Shown: positions 1 through 10,436, numbered from the whole stretch's first letter. The stretch is DNA of 62,433 bases, filler included, from 3 parts of 3 records of this genome joined end to end with filler, not necessarily neighbours in it, one strand, 5' to 3'. Notes: generated by a model from the letters alone, not told the origin. Program-made: numbers and translations.

Positions 1-7
1 GTTCATC

Positions 8-334
8 ATGCTGATCTTCTTCATCGTCACCGCGGTCTTCGTGAAGGAAGCCGGGATCGAGGTCGTGAAACCGAACGCCGAGACAGCCCTTGCCCAAAAG
101 CAAGTCAGCATTCTCGTCGCGGTAACACCAAACGACCAGATCCATATCAACAGAAATGAAGTCGCTCTCGACAGTGTCCGTACGACGATCGAGAAGCTTC
201 ATGCAGAAAACCCGAAAGGGACTGTTGCTATTCAGGCCGATATCGAATCGAAGGCTGGTTTGGTGATGAAAGTATACGACGCCATACGCGACGCAGGCGT
301 TGAAAAAATTGCCATAGCAGCGGAGAGACAATAA
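8..334 (+). CDS. exbD: Biopolymer transport protein ExbD (5'-truncated by window edge)
   Basis: FIMLIFFIVTA TM motif, then periplasmic ExbD fold (IQAD...GLVMKVYDAIRDAGVEKIAIA); directly upstream of tonB. Confidence 0.9.
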   Translation: MLIFFIVTAVFVKEAGIEVVKPNAETALAQKQVSILVAVTPNDQIHINRNEVALDSVRTTIEKLHAENPKGTVAIQADIESKAGLVMKVYDAIRDAGVEKIAIAAERQ

Positions 335-951
335 TGATTACACGTGTAATTTCGTCGCTCATTGCCGCATCCGGCGTAACCTTTGGCTTGTTTTTCCTGA
401 TGCAAAGCCTGGTTTCCTTCAATGATGAAGTAGACCTGAATGAGGACAAGCAGTTGCGTTTCATCGATGTTGTAGAAGACATTGATGACCAACCACCACA
501 GCGCATGGAGCGTAAAGTGGAAAAGCCGCCAGAGGTGGAAGCACCTCCGCCTGAGATGGAAACGCCTCAGGTTGAAGTTGACGGTCCTAACAAGATGAAC
601 CTTTCCATCAGCCGCGCCAATTCTGGCTCTGGTGTGGATCTCGGTTCCATCGACCTCGGCCCAAGCCAGGATGGTGACTATCTGCCACTGGTACGGGTTC
701 AGCCTCAATATCCACGTCGTGCGCAGGAGCGCGGCATTGAGGGTTATGTGATCGTTGAGTTGACGGTGAACGAAGACGGTACTGTACCGCCTGAGAGCAT
801 CCTCATACTTGAAGCTGACCCGAAGGGGTATTTTGAACGTGCTGCAACAAAAGCTGCAGAGAAGTTCAAGTACAAGCCTAAGGTCGTTAATGGCCAACCG
901 CAGAAGGTGACCGGCGTGAAATACCGCTTCTCCTTCGATCTTGCAGACTAA
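334..951 (+). CDS. tonB: Energy transducer TonB
   Basis: N-terminal TM, Pro-rich linker, C-terminal PQYPRRAQERGIEGYV...FKYKP; start overlaps exbD stop (TAATG). Confidence 0.92.
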   Translation: MITRVISSLIAASGVTFGLFFLMQSLVSFNDEVDLNEDKQLRFIDVVEDIDDQPPQRMERKVEKPPEVEAPPPEMETPQVEVDGPNKMNLSISRANSGSGVDLGSIDLGPSQDGDYLPLVRVQPQYPRRAQERGIEGYVIVELTVNEDGTVPPESILILEADPKGYFERAATKAAEKFKYKPKVVNGQPQKVTGVKYRFSFDLAD

Positions 952-971
952 TTGGGGGACAGGAGACCGTC

Positions 972-2330
972 ATGAACATGATTGAAACCATCAAGTCTCT
1001 TCCTATGGCTTTGGCAACCGCTGCGATCCTCGCCGCTCTGCCAATGCCTGAGGGCACCCCTCTGGGGAGTAAAGCGTTCGCGCAAGAGAAGGAAGAGTCA
1101 TCATACGCTTCACGGGCAAAAACCCGTAAAGTTCCTGCCATGAGCGTGGATATCCACAAGAAGATCCAAAAAGCTCAGGAGGCAATGGACCTCAAGGAGT
1201 ATGTGGAAGCCAAGGAGATCCTTACGGATACTCTCGAAAGCAAACGCATCAACGACTATGAACGTGCCGTTGCCTGGCAACTTCGCGCGATGATTTCTTA
1301 TGAAGAGGACGACACCGCAGGCACGATCCGTGCCTACGAACAAATCCTTCAATATGCGGAAAGCATCCCGGAAGCGCTTGAACTGAACATCATCTATGGC
1401 CTAGCTCAGCTGTATTACAGCGAAGAAAACTACCAGAAGGCCATCGAGTATGTGAAGAAATGGGAACCTCGGGCTGAGGTCATCAGTGTAAACCACCTCG
1501 TGTTTATCGCGCAGGTTTATTACACCCTGACCGATTTCGACAACTCACTGGCTTACATCTACCGCGCTATTTCCGACGCTCAGGCTGTGGACACAGTCGA
1601 AGTGAAGGAAACCTGGTACGGCATGGCTCTTTCCGCACACTGGGAACTTGGTCAATACACCAAGGTTCGCGATGTGCTTGAGATCCTGCTGATCAACTGG
1701 CCGAAGCCACAATACTGGATTCAGCTGGCTGGTGTTTATCAGGAACTTGGTGACGAAAAGACGTCTTACTCGCTGACAGAAGCGGCTTACAAACAAGGGT
1801 TCCTTGATGACAAGCCGCTTCAGCTGGTAAACGTTGCTCAGATCCAGCTTGCACGCGGTGCACCAATCAAATGTGCATGGGTTCTTGAGAAAGCCTTCAA
1901 AGAAGACCGTATCGAGAAAACCGCACAGAACTACAGAACTCTTGGCCAATGTTACTTGATGGCCACCGAGTATGAGCGTGCGCTCAAGCCATTGACTGCT
2001 GCTGCGAAAAGCGAGGCAGACGGTGACCTGTGGTTCCAGATTGCACAGGTGCAGATGCAGTTGACCCACTATACAGACGCCGTCAAAAGCTTTGACAATG
2101 TGGTTGAATCCTTCGATGGCACCAAAGATGAAAAAGACGCTGACAAGCGCCTTACATCTGTGATGCAGAAGGGGCAGGCCCTCACAGAGTTGAAGCGCTT
2201 CAAAGAAGCACATGCAGCTTTTGATACGGCCAACCGCATGGCGAAAGACCGCAAAGACAAGCGCATGATCACTCAGTGGCGCAACTATCTGAGAGCCGAA
2301 CAAGCCCGCGAGGAAATGCTCGAAGGCTAA
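972..2330 (+). CDS. Periplasmic tetratricopeptide-repeat protein of the TonB operon
   Basis: SD AGGAG, signal peptide ending AFA-Q, repeated TPR-like helices (LAQLYY, IAQVYY, LAGVYQ); usual position after tonB. Confidence 0.85.
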   Translation: MNMIETIKSLPMALATAAILAALPMPEGTPLGSKAFAQEKEESSYASRAKTRKVPAMSVDIHKKIQKAQEAMDLKEYVEAKEILTDTLESKRINDYERAVAWQLRAMISYEEDDTAGTIRAYEQILQYAESIPEALELNIIYGLAQLYYSEENYQKAIEYVKKWEPRAEVISVNHLVFIAQVYYTLTDFDNSLAYIYRAISDAQAVDTVEVKETWYGMALSAHWELGQYTKVRDVLEILLINWPKPQYWIQLAGVYQELGDEKTSYSLTEAAYKQGFLDDKPLQLVNVAQIQLARGAPIKCAWVLEKAFKEDRIEKTAQNYRTLGQCYLMATEYERALKPLTAAAKSEADGDLWFQIAQVQMQLTHYTDAVKSFDNVVESFDGTKDEKDADKRLTSVMQKGQALTELKRFKEAHAAFDTANRMAKDRKDKRMITQWRNYLRAEQAREEMLEG

Positions 2331-2358
2331 AGCTTCCAGACAAAAGGCAGATTACAAG

Positions 2359-2385
2359 CGGCGCTCCTTGGGGCGCCGTTTTTTT
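2359..2385 (+). terminator. Rho-independent terminator
   Basis: GC hairpin CGGCGCTCC-TTG-GGGCGCCG followed by T7, after the TPR gene. Confidence 0.85.
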
Positions 2386-2494
2386 GTGGGGCCCTACATG
2401 CCTATCGGCGCACGGCTGCCATCTGCTTGATGCGCGTCAAACCAATCCCGCCACAATCGCGGTACACTGTCTCCATAGTTAAAGGAGGTCTATC

Positions 2495-3078
2495 ATCACC
2501 AAGACCATCGTCATCCTGCAGGGACACCCGGACCACAAGGAACAGCACCTGTGCCATACGCTCGCAACGCACTATAGGGAAGCAGCGGAAGCGACAGGGC
2601 ATCAGGAAACCTGTGTCGATGTTGGCGCGCTCGATTTCCCACTCCTGACAAGCAAGGTTGAATGGGAAACAGGCGATACACCCGCAACGCTTCTTGCTGC
2701 TCAGGACGCCATCCTGCAGGCCAAACATTTGGTGATCATCTACCCTTTATGGCTCGGCTCCATGCCGGCGAAACTAAAGGGGTTTCTAGAGCAGGCATTG
2801 CGGCCCTCGCTTACAGCCAGAGCCGCCTCCCCAACCAAATGGCGCTCGCTCCTTAAAGGATGCTCGGCCCGCGTCATTGTCACTATGGGAATGCCCGGCA
2901 TTGCATATCGGGTATTCTACCTATCGCAGGGCCTCAAGGTCTTATGCCGCAACATACTGGCGTTCTCAGGCGTCGCGCCGATCCGAACAACGGTGGTTGG
3001 CATGGTAGAGAAAAAACAGATCGTGACCTAGAGCGACTATTCGCCCGAATGAGAAAGCTGGGCGCAAACGCTACTTAA
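2495..3078 (+). pseudogene. Flavodoxin-like NAD(P)H-dependent oxidoreductase (KefF/MdaB-like), start codon lost and frameshifted
   Basis: Frame is open from 2495 (ITKTIVILQGHPD...IIYPLWLGSMPAKLKGFLEQ...VTMGMP). SD AAAGGAGG at 2481 is followed by ATC, not ATG. The family-like C-terminus (DLERLFARMRKLG) lies in another frame after the A-run at 3011-3016. Confidence 0.7.
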
Positions 3079-3147
3079 GTTATATTATAACTTTTTGTTA
3101 ATGCCTTTTCATGATAATGTTACATAGTAACGATTCAGGAGGGTATT

Positions 3148-3765
3148 ATGACCATCACACCATATGCAAGGGCGCTTCCCATCATGTCGGGCGCAGCGCT
3201 CACCACCTTCATGTTGTTCTTTCTGATGCAAAACCTCGTACGCAATGACGGGCTTGAGCTGCTTGATGATGTCTCTGTTCTCCAATTCGATGGCGTTATC
3301 GAGAGCCCCATTCCCGAACCGGTTCGCAAAATTGAACGTCTAACTCCCCCGCCCAAACCTATAGAACTTGAGCCAATAGAGATTGATCGCCCGCCAACTA
3401 CCGGCGGCCCCCAAATTGGCCTGCCCGCCCGCCCACAAAGGCCGGTGTCGGTAGGCAACGACACCAAAATCCAACTTGGTTTTTCCGACGGTGAACGCCT
3501 GCCGCTTGTGCGTGTACAGCCACAGTACCCGCGCCGCGCGCTCGAACGCGGCACAGAAGGCTCAGTTGTTGTTGAGTTCACTGTCACCGAGGACGGTACC
3601 GTTGAGGACGCCCAAGTCATAGAAGCCAACCCTGCGGGGTATTTCGAGCGTGCAGCCTTAGCAGCGATCTCGAAGTTCAAGTACAAACCCACTGTGGTTG
3701 ACGGCAAGGCCTATGCCTCCAAAGGTGTGCGCTTCCGTATGGCGTTTGAACTGGCTGGCGAATAG
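3148..3765 (+). CDS. tonB: Energy transducer TonB (second paralogue)
   Basis: TM, Pro-rich linker, LPLVRVQPQYPRRALERGTEGSV...FKYKP; SD AGGAGG. Confidence 0.9.
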   Translation: MTITPYARALPIMSGAALTTFMLFFLMQNLVRNDGLELLDDVSVLQFDGVIESPIPEPVRKIERLTPPPKPIELEPIEIDRPPTTGGPQIGLPARPQRPVSVGNDTKIQLGFSDGERLPLVRVQPQYPRRALERGTEGSVVVEFTVTEDGTVEDAQVIEANPAGYFERAALAAISKFKYKPTVVDGKAYASKGVRFRMAFELAGE

Positions 3766-3775
3766 GAGGCATTTC

Positions 3776-4174
3776 ATGAGACCAATACGCACCAAAACGG
3801 GCGCTCAGGCAAAAGCCGATATGACGCCCATGCTCGACATCGTATTTATCATGCTCATCTTCTTCATTGTCACCGCAACCTTTATGCGGGAAACGGGCAT
3901 TAGGCCCAATATGCCGCAAGGCTCGAGCCCCAAGTCACCGCTTGAACCGATCGCATTTCAGATAGACGCGGAAAATCGCATCTTTTATGCAGGACGGTTG
4001 ATCGACCCATGGCTCGTAGAACCCATCATCAAAGGAGAGAGCGTGTTGCGCCCCAAAGCACCGGTCGTGATCTCCATAAACCCCGGGGCGCATACAGGAG
4101 CCTTTGTTCGCCTACATGACGAAGCGCGAAAAGCAGGCATGCCGAACGAGAGGATTGCGGTTCTGATTGAGTAA
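3776..4174 (+). CDS. exbD: ExbD/TolR family protein (second paralogue)
   Basis: DMTPMLDIVFIMLIFFIVT motif; ATG 3776 after SD AGGAGG. Confidence 0.88.
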   Translation: MRPIRTKTGAQAKADMTPMLDIVFIMLIFFIVTATFMRETGIRPNMPQGSSPKSPLEPIAFQIDAENRIFYAGRLIDPWLVEPIIKGESVLRPKAPVVISINPGAHTGAFVRLHDEARKAGMPNERIAVLIE

Positions 4175-4200
4175 TGGGCGTTACGACGGAACCGCGGGGA

Positions 4201-4233
4201 AGGGGTGGCGAAGGTTTGCCACCCCTTTTTTTC
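4201..4233 (+). terminator. Rho-independent terminator between convergent genes
   Basis: AGGGGTGGCGAA-GGT-TTGCCACCCCT hairpin followed by a T-run. Confidence 0.8.
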
Positions 4234-4239
4234 TTTTAC

Positions 4240-5499
4240 CTAGTCGACGATGGCGTCGTTCACGTAAGTGCGCATCTCGCCTCTGACATCATAAACACCG
4301 GTGGGTAGGATGTTTGTCATCAGGATCGCCACGATATCGTGGGTGGGGTCGATCCAGAATACCGTATTGGCCATGCCGCCCCAGAAAAACTCTCCAACTT
4401 CACCCGTATTGCCAAACTTCGCCGGGTCAAGCACAACGGCAAAATCAAGCCCGAAACCAAGCCCGCGTTTGCCACCGGCGATGCCCGGCAGTGCTTCCGG
4501 CAATTGGTTCTTGGACATCATGGCAACCGTTTCAGGCTTAAGGTATGTCACACCGTTCATGGTGCCACCGTTTGCGACCATTTGCGCAAACTTCCAATAG
4601 TCAGCCGTTGTGGAAACAAGACCACCACCACCAGACTTGAACTGGGGGTTGATTGAATAGTCCTGCAGGAGTTTGTTGCGGGCAGCAATAAGCTTCTTCT
4701 CTTCGTCCAGCTCATAGATGCCAACAAAACGATCAAGCTTATCCGCAGGCACATAGAAATCTGTGTCGCTCATCTCCAGCGGGTCAAATATCCGCTCTTT
4801 CAGAAATTCGTCAAACGGCTGGCCCGAAAGCACTTCAATCAGATAGCCCTGCACTTCAACTGAAAGAGAGTAAACCCACGCTGCGCCTGGCTGATAGAGA
4901 AGCGGTTGTTCGGCAAGCCTTGGCACCCACTCGGCCATCGGCTGGTCCACGCCAATCAACTGGTTCTTGAGGTAACTTTTATCAACCGGCGTATCACCAA
5001 AAACACCGTAGGTAAGGCCAGAAGTATGCCGCATCAGGTCACGCACAGTGATATCGCGCGCTGCGGGCTCTGTCTCAAGCGTGCCGTCTTCCGCTTCAGC
5101 CTTGAAAACGCGGGCGTCAGCAAATTCTGGAATATATTTTGAAACCGGGTCGTCCAGTTCAAACTTGCCTTCTTCATAGAGCATCATAAGCGCCACACCG
5201 GTGACAGGCTTGGTCATGGAATAGATGCGGAAGATGGCATCCTCCGCCAGCGTACGGCCACTTTCCATATCAAGCGCGCCATAGGTTTTGAAATGCGCAA
5301 CCTTGCCCTTGCGCGCAACAAGCGTCGTCAAGCCAGCCAACTTGCCGTCGTCTACATAAGCCTGAAAATGCGCGCTCATCTCCGCCAGTTTTTCTGCAGA
5401 AAGACCCACTTCGGCGGGGTCAGCTTCCGGCAGCTCAGCGGCAAAAACGCCCATCGGCAGCAGACAGGCTAACACAAGCGACAGTATGTATTTTTTCAT
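4240..5499 (-). CDS. Secreted serine hydrolase, beta-lactamase (class C/esterase) family
   Basis: Signal peptide MKKYILSLVLACLL, SxxK motif (YSMTKP), LMRHTSGL, WVYS, WGG. Confidence 0.88.
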   Translation of the reverse strand: MKKYILSLVLACLLPMGVFAAELPEADPAEVGLSAEKLAEMSAHFQAYVDDGKLAGLTTLVARKGKVAHFKTYGALDMESGRTLAEDAIFRIYSMTKPVTGVALMMLYEEGKFELDDPVSKYIPEFADARVFKAEAEDGTLETEPAARDITVRDLMRHTSGLTYGVFGDTPVDKSYLKNQLIGVDQPMAEWVPRLAEQPLLYQPGAAWVYSLSVEVQGYLIEVLSGQPFDEFLKERIFDPLEMSDTDFYVPADKLDRFVGIYELDEEKKLIAARNKLLQDYSINPQFKSGGGGLVSTTADYWKFAQMVANGGTMNGVTYLKPETVAMMSKNQLPEALPGIAGGKRGLGFGLDFAVVLDPAKFGNTGEVGEFFWGGMANTVFWIDPTHDIVAILMTNILPTGVYDVRGEMRTYVNDAIVD

Positions 5500-5703
5500 G
5501 GTGACATCCTCCCTCAGTGAAAAGATAGCCCAAGCCCGGATCAAGGCAATAGAAGGCCCGAGAAAAGGCGGCAAGGCCCGCACTAACTGCGTGGCCCTTT
5601 AGCGTTTACTTTGCCCTAACCATGTTTGGTTACAATATTTCTAGAAACCCCAAGGGGATATGGCGTAAACTGGCCTCAATGGGGGTCATAGACTGGGAAT
5701 TCT

Positions 5704-6648
5704 ATGAACCGGATGCTCATGCCTCTCAAACCTCTACTATGGCCTCTCTGGGCTATATGGTTGAGCGCGGCAGTTATAACCCTGGGCCCTTCCCTGCGCG
5801 CAGACGTGATCATCGTCGATTCGTACAAGCACCACACCAGCATGCAGATAGCGCACGGTATCAGCAAAAACTGCCCGGCCTGCGGCACGATCAAATATAT
5901 GGATATGCAGCGCGAGCCTTCCATTGGTCGTGAAATCATCAAAGACCTGCGGCTGAGAAAAGCAGACGGCACTCTCGATCTGGTTATCGCCCTGGGGCCA
6001 CGCGCTGCCAGTCTTATTGCTCACGGTCTGCCAGACACACCGACCCTGTTCACCGTGCATGATGAACCGGATGAGGATTTAATCAGCAACCGCCAGCTAA
6101 CATTCTTTGATGCTCGCCCCCCTCTTCCGCTTCAGCTTGAAGCGCTGGCAACACTGAAACCCGGCATCCAGACCGTTGGCATTATTGCCCGCCGGGAAAC
6201 GCTAGAGCCCGTACGCCAAAGCGTCATTGAGGCCGCTCAGGCACAACACATCAACCTGCGTGTTTATTATGTGGAAGCCCCTCAGGACGTAGGTGCAGGC
6301 CTCAGGCAGGCCATCAAGGAATCTGACGGCCTTATTTTCCTGCGTGACCCAATGGTGCTCAACAGTGATACTGTGCGCTATATCCTGAGGCTGACATTGG
6401 AAAACCAGATCCCGACCTTTGTCTATTCCTCATCACTTGTGAATATGGGGATGACAGCGACATTGCAAGCAGACCCGGTGAAGCTTGGGGGGCGAATTGG
6501 CGCTGCGTCTCAGGCGCGACTAACAGGTGCCACCCTGACGGACATCACGTCCGAAGCGGACATTTTCATCCTTGAGGTCAATGAGCGCACAATGCGTCAT
6601 ATACCCGGCGCAACAACACCTAAAGGCCGGGAGGTGGTTTTTAAATGA
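5704..6648 (+). CDS. ABC-type substrate-binding-like periplasmic protein
   Basis: Signal peptide; [32 protein letters not shown] motifs of the ABC_sub_bind fold; coupled (ATGA) to a histidine kinase. Confidence 0.7.
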   Translation: MNRMLMPLKPLLWPLWAIWLSAAVITLGPSLRADVIIVDSYKHHTSMQIAHGISKNCPACGTIKYMDMQREPSIGREIIKDLRLRKADGTLDLVIALGPRAASLIAHGLPDTPTLFTVHDEPDEDLISNRQLTFFDARPPLPLQLEALATLKPGIQTVGIIARRETLEPVRQSVIEAAQAQHINLRVYYVEAPQDVGAGLRQAIKESDGLIFLRDPMVLNSDTVRYILRLTLENQIPTFVYSSSLVNMGMTATLQADPVKLGGRIGAASQARLTGATLTDITSEADIFILEVNERTMRHIPGATTPKGREVVFK

Positions 6649-8357
6649 GCTTACCTGACGATACCCCCATGATCCCGGCCTCCTCTCGCCCCAGTGCGCG
6701 GAGCTTTGTTGACCGCTTTACGCTCAGAACACGCGCTATCGCTTTTCTCGTTCTTTTCGTGGCCGCCGTTGGCGGCATGATGGCGATGGTATTTATCGGC
6801 ACCACCAGCCAACTCATGACCGCTGATCTTGAAAAACGCGGGCGTGTTGCTGCGGCTGGCATTGCAGAGAACGTCAAACTCGGGCTTCTGGTAGCCGACC
6901 GGGAGCTCCTTAAAACAGCGCTGGCCCCCTACCTGCTCGACCCCGACATCATACACATTGATGTTGTGGCCTCAGACGGCGTGATGCTCATCAGTCTACC
7001 TGAAGATATCAGACCGCTGGAGGTTGCCGACACCTTGTTGGAGGAAACCTTCGCTACAAAAGAAATCGTCATTCAGAAGCTTTCCGACGCAGCGGCCAGC
7101 TCTTCCGATATGCCCGGCTATCATATCGGCGCCCCCGTGCTGCGCGATGTCATTGCCGGTAGTGATACGCCAGAAGAAATGGACCGCAACATGGCCCATT
7201 CGGATATCATTGGCATGGTTCGGGTCGGGCTTTCAACCGAACGAATGCACGAACAAATTGATACGCTCATCAGCCGTGCTGGGCTTGTTGCCGCTTTCCT
7301 CGCCGTTCTTGGTCTTGCCGTCGCATCCATCCTCCTTCGGGCATGGATTGCCCCACTTGACACCCTCACGCGCATCGCGCGGAAGATTTACACCAACGGC
7401 CTTGATGACGCGATGGAAAGCGAGGACCTTTCTGCCATCGCATCCGCCAGTTCAGAGCACAATTCCAGCGAATTAACGACCTTACAAATCGCCTTCCTAG
7501 ACATGCTGGAAGAGATGAAACAGCACGATATTCTGCAGGCTGAGCAAAAGGACCGGTTGGAGCAGATGGTGGTGGAACGCACGATGGAACTGACCTTCGC
7601 CAAGGAGGAGGCCGAGGCCGCCAATATCGCTAAATCCAAGTTCCTCGCTTCCATGAGCCACGAGCTACGCACACCGCTGAACGCTGTGATTGGGTTTTCC
7701 GAAATGCTGAAAGGCGATATCCCGGTGACGCCAGAGCAGGAAAAAGAATATCTCACCTATATCTGCGATAGCGGCAAACACCTGCTTGATATCATCAATG
7801 ATATTCTCGACCTATCCAAGCTCGAGGCTGGCAGGTTTGAACTGCAAATCAGGGACGCGCTGCTGGATGAGGTTGTCACGGCGGCCGCGGCACTCAGCCA
7901 GCCATTCATTGAGCGCAAGAACCTGCGCTTCAGCCTGGATTGTCCTCGCCTTCAGGTCAGGACTGATACGCGCATCCTCAAGCAGGTTATCATCAACCTT
8001 GTTTCAAACGCCGTGAAATTCACCCCGGCCGACGGTGAGGTTTCCGTTCATGCCTATGAATGTGGTGACAACTATTGTCTCACCATTGCCGATACGGGCA
8101 TTGGCATGAGCGAAGCGGAAATAGATGTCGCCATGCAGCCCTTTGCCCAGGTAAGCGGACATATGTACATCCGGCAGGATGAGGGCTCAGGCACCGGCCT
8201 TGGACTTCCGCTGGTTGAACATTTTGTGCTGCTTATGAAAGGCGACATGAAGATCGAGTCTGAAAAAGGCCAGGGCACCAAGGTACATCTCACACTACCC
8301 AAATACCCAGAACCCCTTGATACTCACAAATCAGACGATGATTTCGACTATATCTGA
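6645..8357 (+). CDS. Membrane sensor histidine kinase (PleC/DivJ-like H box)
   Basis: Two TMs, HAMP-like segment, [45 protein letters not shown]. Confidence 0.9.
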   Translation: MSLPDDTPMIPASSRPSARSFVDRFTLRTRAIAFLVLFVAAVGGMMAMVFIGTTSQLMTADLEKRGRVAAAGIAENVKLGLLVADRELLKTALAPYLLDPDIIHIDVVASDGVMLISLPEDIRPLEVADTLLEETFATKEIVIQKLSDAAASSSDMPGYHIGAPVLRDVIAGSDTPEEMDRNMAHSDIIGMVRVGLSTERMHEQIDTLISRAGLVAAFLAVLGLAVASILLRAWIAPLDTLTRIARKIYTNGLDDAMESEDLSAIASASSEHNSSELTTLQIAFLDMLEEMKQHDILQAEQKDRLEQMVVERTMELTFAKEEAEAANIAKSKFLASMSHELRTPLNAVIGFSEMLKGDIPVTPEQEKEYLTYICDSGKHLLDIINDILDLSKLEAGRFELQIRDALLDEVVTAAAALSQPFIERKNLRFSLDCPRLQVRTDTRILKQVIINLVSNAVKFTPADGEVSVHAYECGDNYCLTIADTGIGMSEAEIDVAMQPFAQVSGHMYIRQDEGSGTGLGLPLVEHFVLLMKGDMKIESEKGQGTKVHLTLPKYPEPLDTHKSDDDFDYI

Positions 8358-8378
8358 GCTATAGACCCTGCTGATCGC

Positions 8379-10385
8379 CTAAATTGAGACTGGCAGGTCC
8401 GGCTGAGGCTGCAATGGCTGTGACGCCAGCAACTTGTATAGATCGGAGAGCCGCGTGGGTTTCGCGAGAAACCCGGCAAAACCACACTCATTGTATAGTT
8501 TCACATCGCCCTGAGTAACGTTTGCCGTAAGCGCAACAATAGGGACATCTGCATTGAATTTGCGAATTTCCCGTGTTGCCGTAATGCCATCCATTTCCGG
8601 CATCTGTATGTCCATGAAAACAATATCAAACGCACATTCGCGCATCTTCGCAATTGCGTCCGCACCGTTGATAGCGCGCACGATGGTGCAGCCCGTGGGG
8701 CGCATCATCTTGCTGAAAAGTACAGAATTCAGCTCTACGTCCTCGGCGTGCAGAACCATGCGGCCCCGCAAGTCCGGGGCAGCGGCGGAGTCCTGTGTAC
8801 GTTCTTTCTGGCGCCGCTCACCTTGCTTGAGCGGCAGACTGATACGGAAAAGCGTACCCTCCCCCTTTTTACTATAAAGCTTGATCGTACCTCCCATCAG
8901 ATCGATCAGACTGCGCACAATGGAAAGGCCCAACCCGGTACCGCCAAAACGCCGATTGATAGACGCATCGGCCTGCACAAATGAGCTGAAAATCTTGCTC
9001 TGTTCCTCCTGACTAATACCAATACCGGTGTCAGACACCACAAACTCGAGCATGGATTGGTTGTCCATATAGCGTGACGCAACACGGATACTTACCGTGC
9101 CCTTATCGGTAAACTTAATCGCATTGCTGACAAGGTTCATCAATATCTGGCCGATGCGGGTTTCGTCCCCTATCCAGAAACGATGCAGGCCATCTTCAAG
9201 CACCAGCTCAAACTTCACATCTTTCTCGCCAAGGCTGGTGCGGGCATTGCGTTCTATATAATTGAGGATCTTATCCAGAACAAACGGGGCTTCCTCAAGG
9301 GTCAATTGCCGTGCCTCGATTTTGGAAAAATCAAGGATATCACTAATCACATGCATCAGGTTATCGGCCGAGCTTTTGGCAGCCTCCAGCAAATCCCTCT
9401 GTCCCGCAGATAATTTTTCCTGATCCAGAAGCTGAATCACACCAATCATGCCGTTCATCGGTGTACGTATTTCGTGTGACATATGCGCAAGGAACTTGGA
9501 TTTTTCCAAGCTGGCTGCTTCTGCTTCCCGCTTCGCAAGCAAAAGCTCATTCTCATAGGCTTCCTGTTTCCTGAGAAACCTGACAGCAAAAAGAAAAGCA
9601 AGGCAAACGCCCATCAAAAAGATCACTCGGATAATGTGCCGCCTTGGTGCATAAGGGGCCTCCGCCGCAAGCTGCCAACTACCGGATGGCAGCTTCAGTG
9701 TCGACAGCGTCGCGGCATCACTGGAAAACAATGTCTCGTCGCCAAAGATCATGTCCCCCGAACTGCCAAGGGCATCCTTGCCGCGAATAGCGAGCTTGGC
9801 ATCAGGCAACACCGCGTGCACCTCTGTCAGCAACGCGTCCACATCAAGCACAACAGACACCATACCCCACAGCGTGCCGTCACTTGCCCGGAAAACCGGC
9901 TGTCGAGCGATAATACCCTGCCCGCCTTGCACAAGCGTGAGAGGACCAGCAAGGACCGTGGTATTCTCTTCAATCGCGCGTTCAACCATTTCAAACTGCT
10001 TGATATTGGTGCGGAAGTTGAGCCCGACAGCCTTTTCATTCCCCTCAAGGGGGTACATGTGCGAGATAATCAGGTCTCGGGCCGCACCCATGTTTCTGAT
10101 CTGGTTCTCCTGAGTAAGAAGGTCGCGTGCGAACGCCTCATATTGAGCCTGATCAATCTCGGGTTCGACGGAGATATAGGACTTCAGGCTGGCCGTCAGC
10201 GCCAGGTTCTGGATGAGTTTTTCTTCCAGAACCGCTCGGTACTCCGACACAAGGTCAGTTGACCGCGCATGATGTTCCTGCGCCTGTGCCTGCAAAAGGA
10301 AATAGAAAAGGATTGCGCCCCCGATCAGGAAGAGGGCGCTGGTAACAAGGATACGCTTTTTGTATTTTTCTAGCATGCTCACCAT
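8379..10385 (-). CDS. CHASE-domain hybrid histidine kinase with receiver domain
   Basis: YPLEGNEKAVGLN...LAGPLTLVQGG (CHASE), SHEIRTPMNG, NAIKFT, GGTGLGL, FMDIQMPEMDG receiver. Confidence 0.92.
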   Translation of the reverse strand: MVSMLEKYKKRILVTSALFLIGGAILFYFLLQAQAQEHHARSTDLVSEYRAVLEEKLIQNLALTASLKSYISVEPEIDQAQYEAFARDLLTQENQIRNMGAARDLIISHMYPLEGNEKAVGLNFRTNIKQFEMVERAIEENTTVLAGPLTLVQGGQGIIARQPVFRASDGTLWGMVSVVLDVDALLTEVHAVLPDAKLAIRGKDALGSSGDMIFGDETLFSSDAATLSTLKLPSGSWQLAAEAPYAPRRHIIRVIFLMGVCLAFLFAVRFLRKQEAYENELLLAKREAEAASLEKSKFLAHMSHEIRTPMNGMIGVIQLLDQEKLSAGQRDLLEAAKSSADNLMHVISDILDFSKIEARQLTLEEAPFVLDKILNYIERNARTSLGEKDVKFELVLEDGLHRFWIGDETRIGQILMNLVSNAIKFTDKGTVSIRVASRYMDNQSMLEFVVSDTGIGISQEEQSKIFSSFVQADASINRRFGGTGLGLSIVRSLIDLMGGTIKLYSKKGEGTLFRISLPLKQGERRQKERTQDSAAAPDLRGRMVLHAEDVELNSVLFSKMMRPTGCTIVRAINGADAIAKMRECAFDIVFMDIQMPEMDGITATREIRKFNADVPIVALTANVTQGDVKLYNECGFAGFLAKPTRLSDLYKLLASQPLQPQPDLPVSI

Positions 10386-10420
10386 TACGTTGACCCCGCA
10401 AACACTTATAGGTCAGAGCG

Positions 10421-10436
10421 GTTAAGCAGCCGTTAA
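10421..10436 (-). promoter_or_regulatory. CtrA-binding box
   Basis: Minus strand TTAA-CGGCTGC-TTAAC is an exact TTAA-N7-TTAAC match, 36 bp upstream of the CHASE kinase start. Confidence 0.65.

Noticed and set aside
4240-5499. Antibiotic-resistance beta-lactamases (also 17154-18578 and 41104-41823)
   Set aside because: Motifs fit the broad esterase/amidase and UPF0173 families; nothing supports resistance
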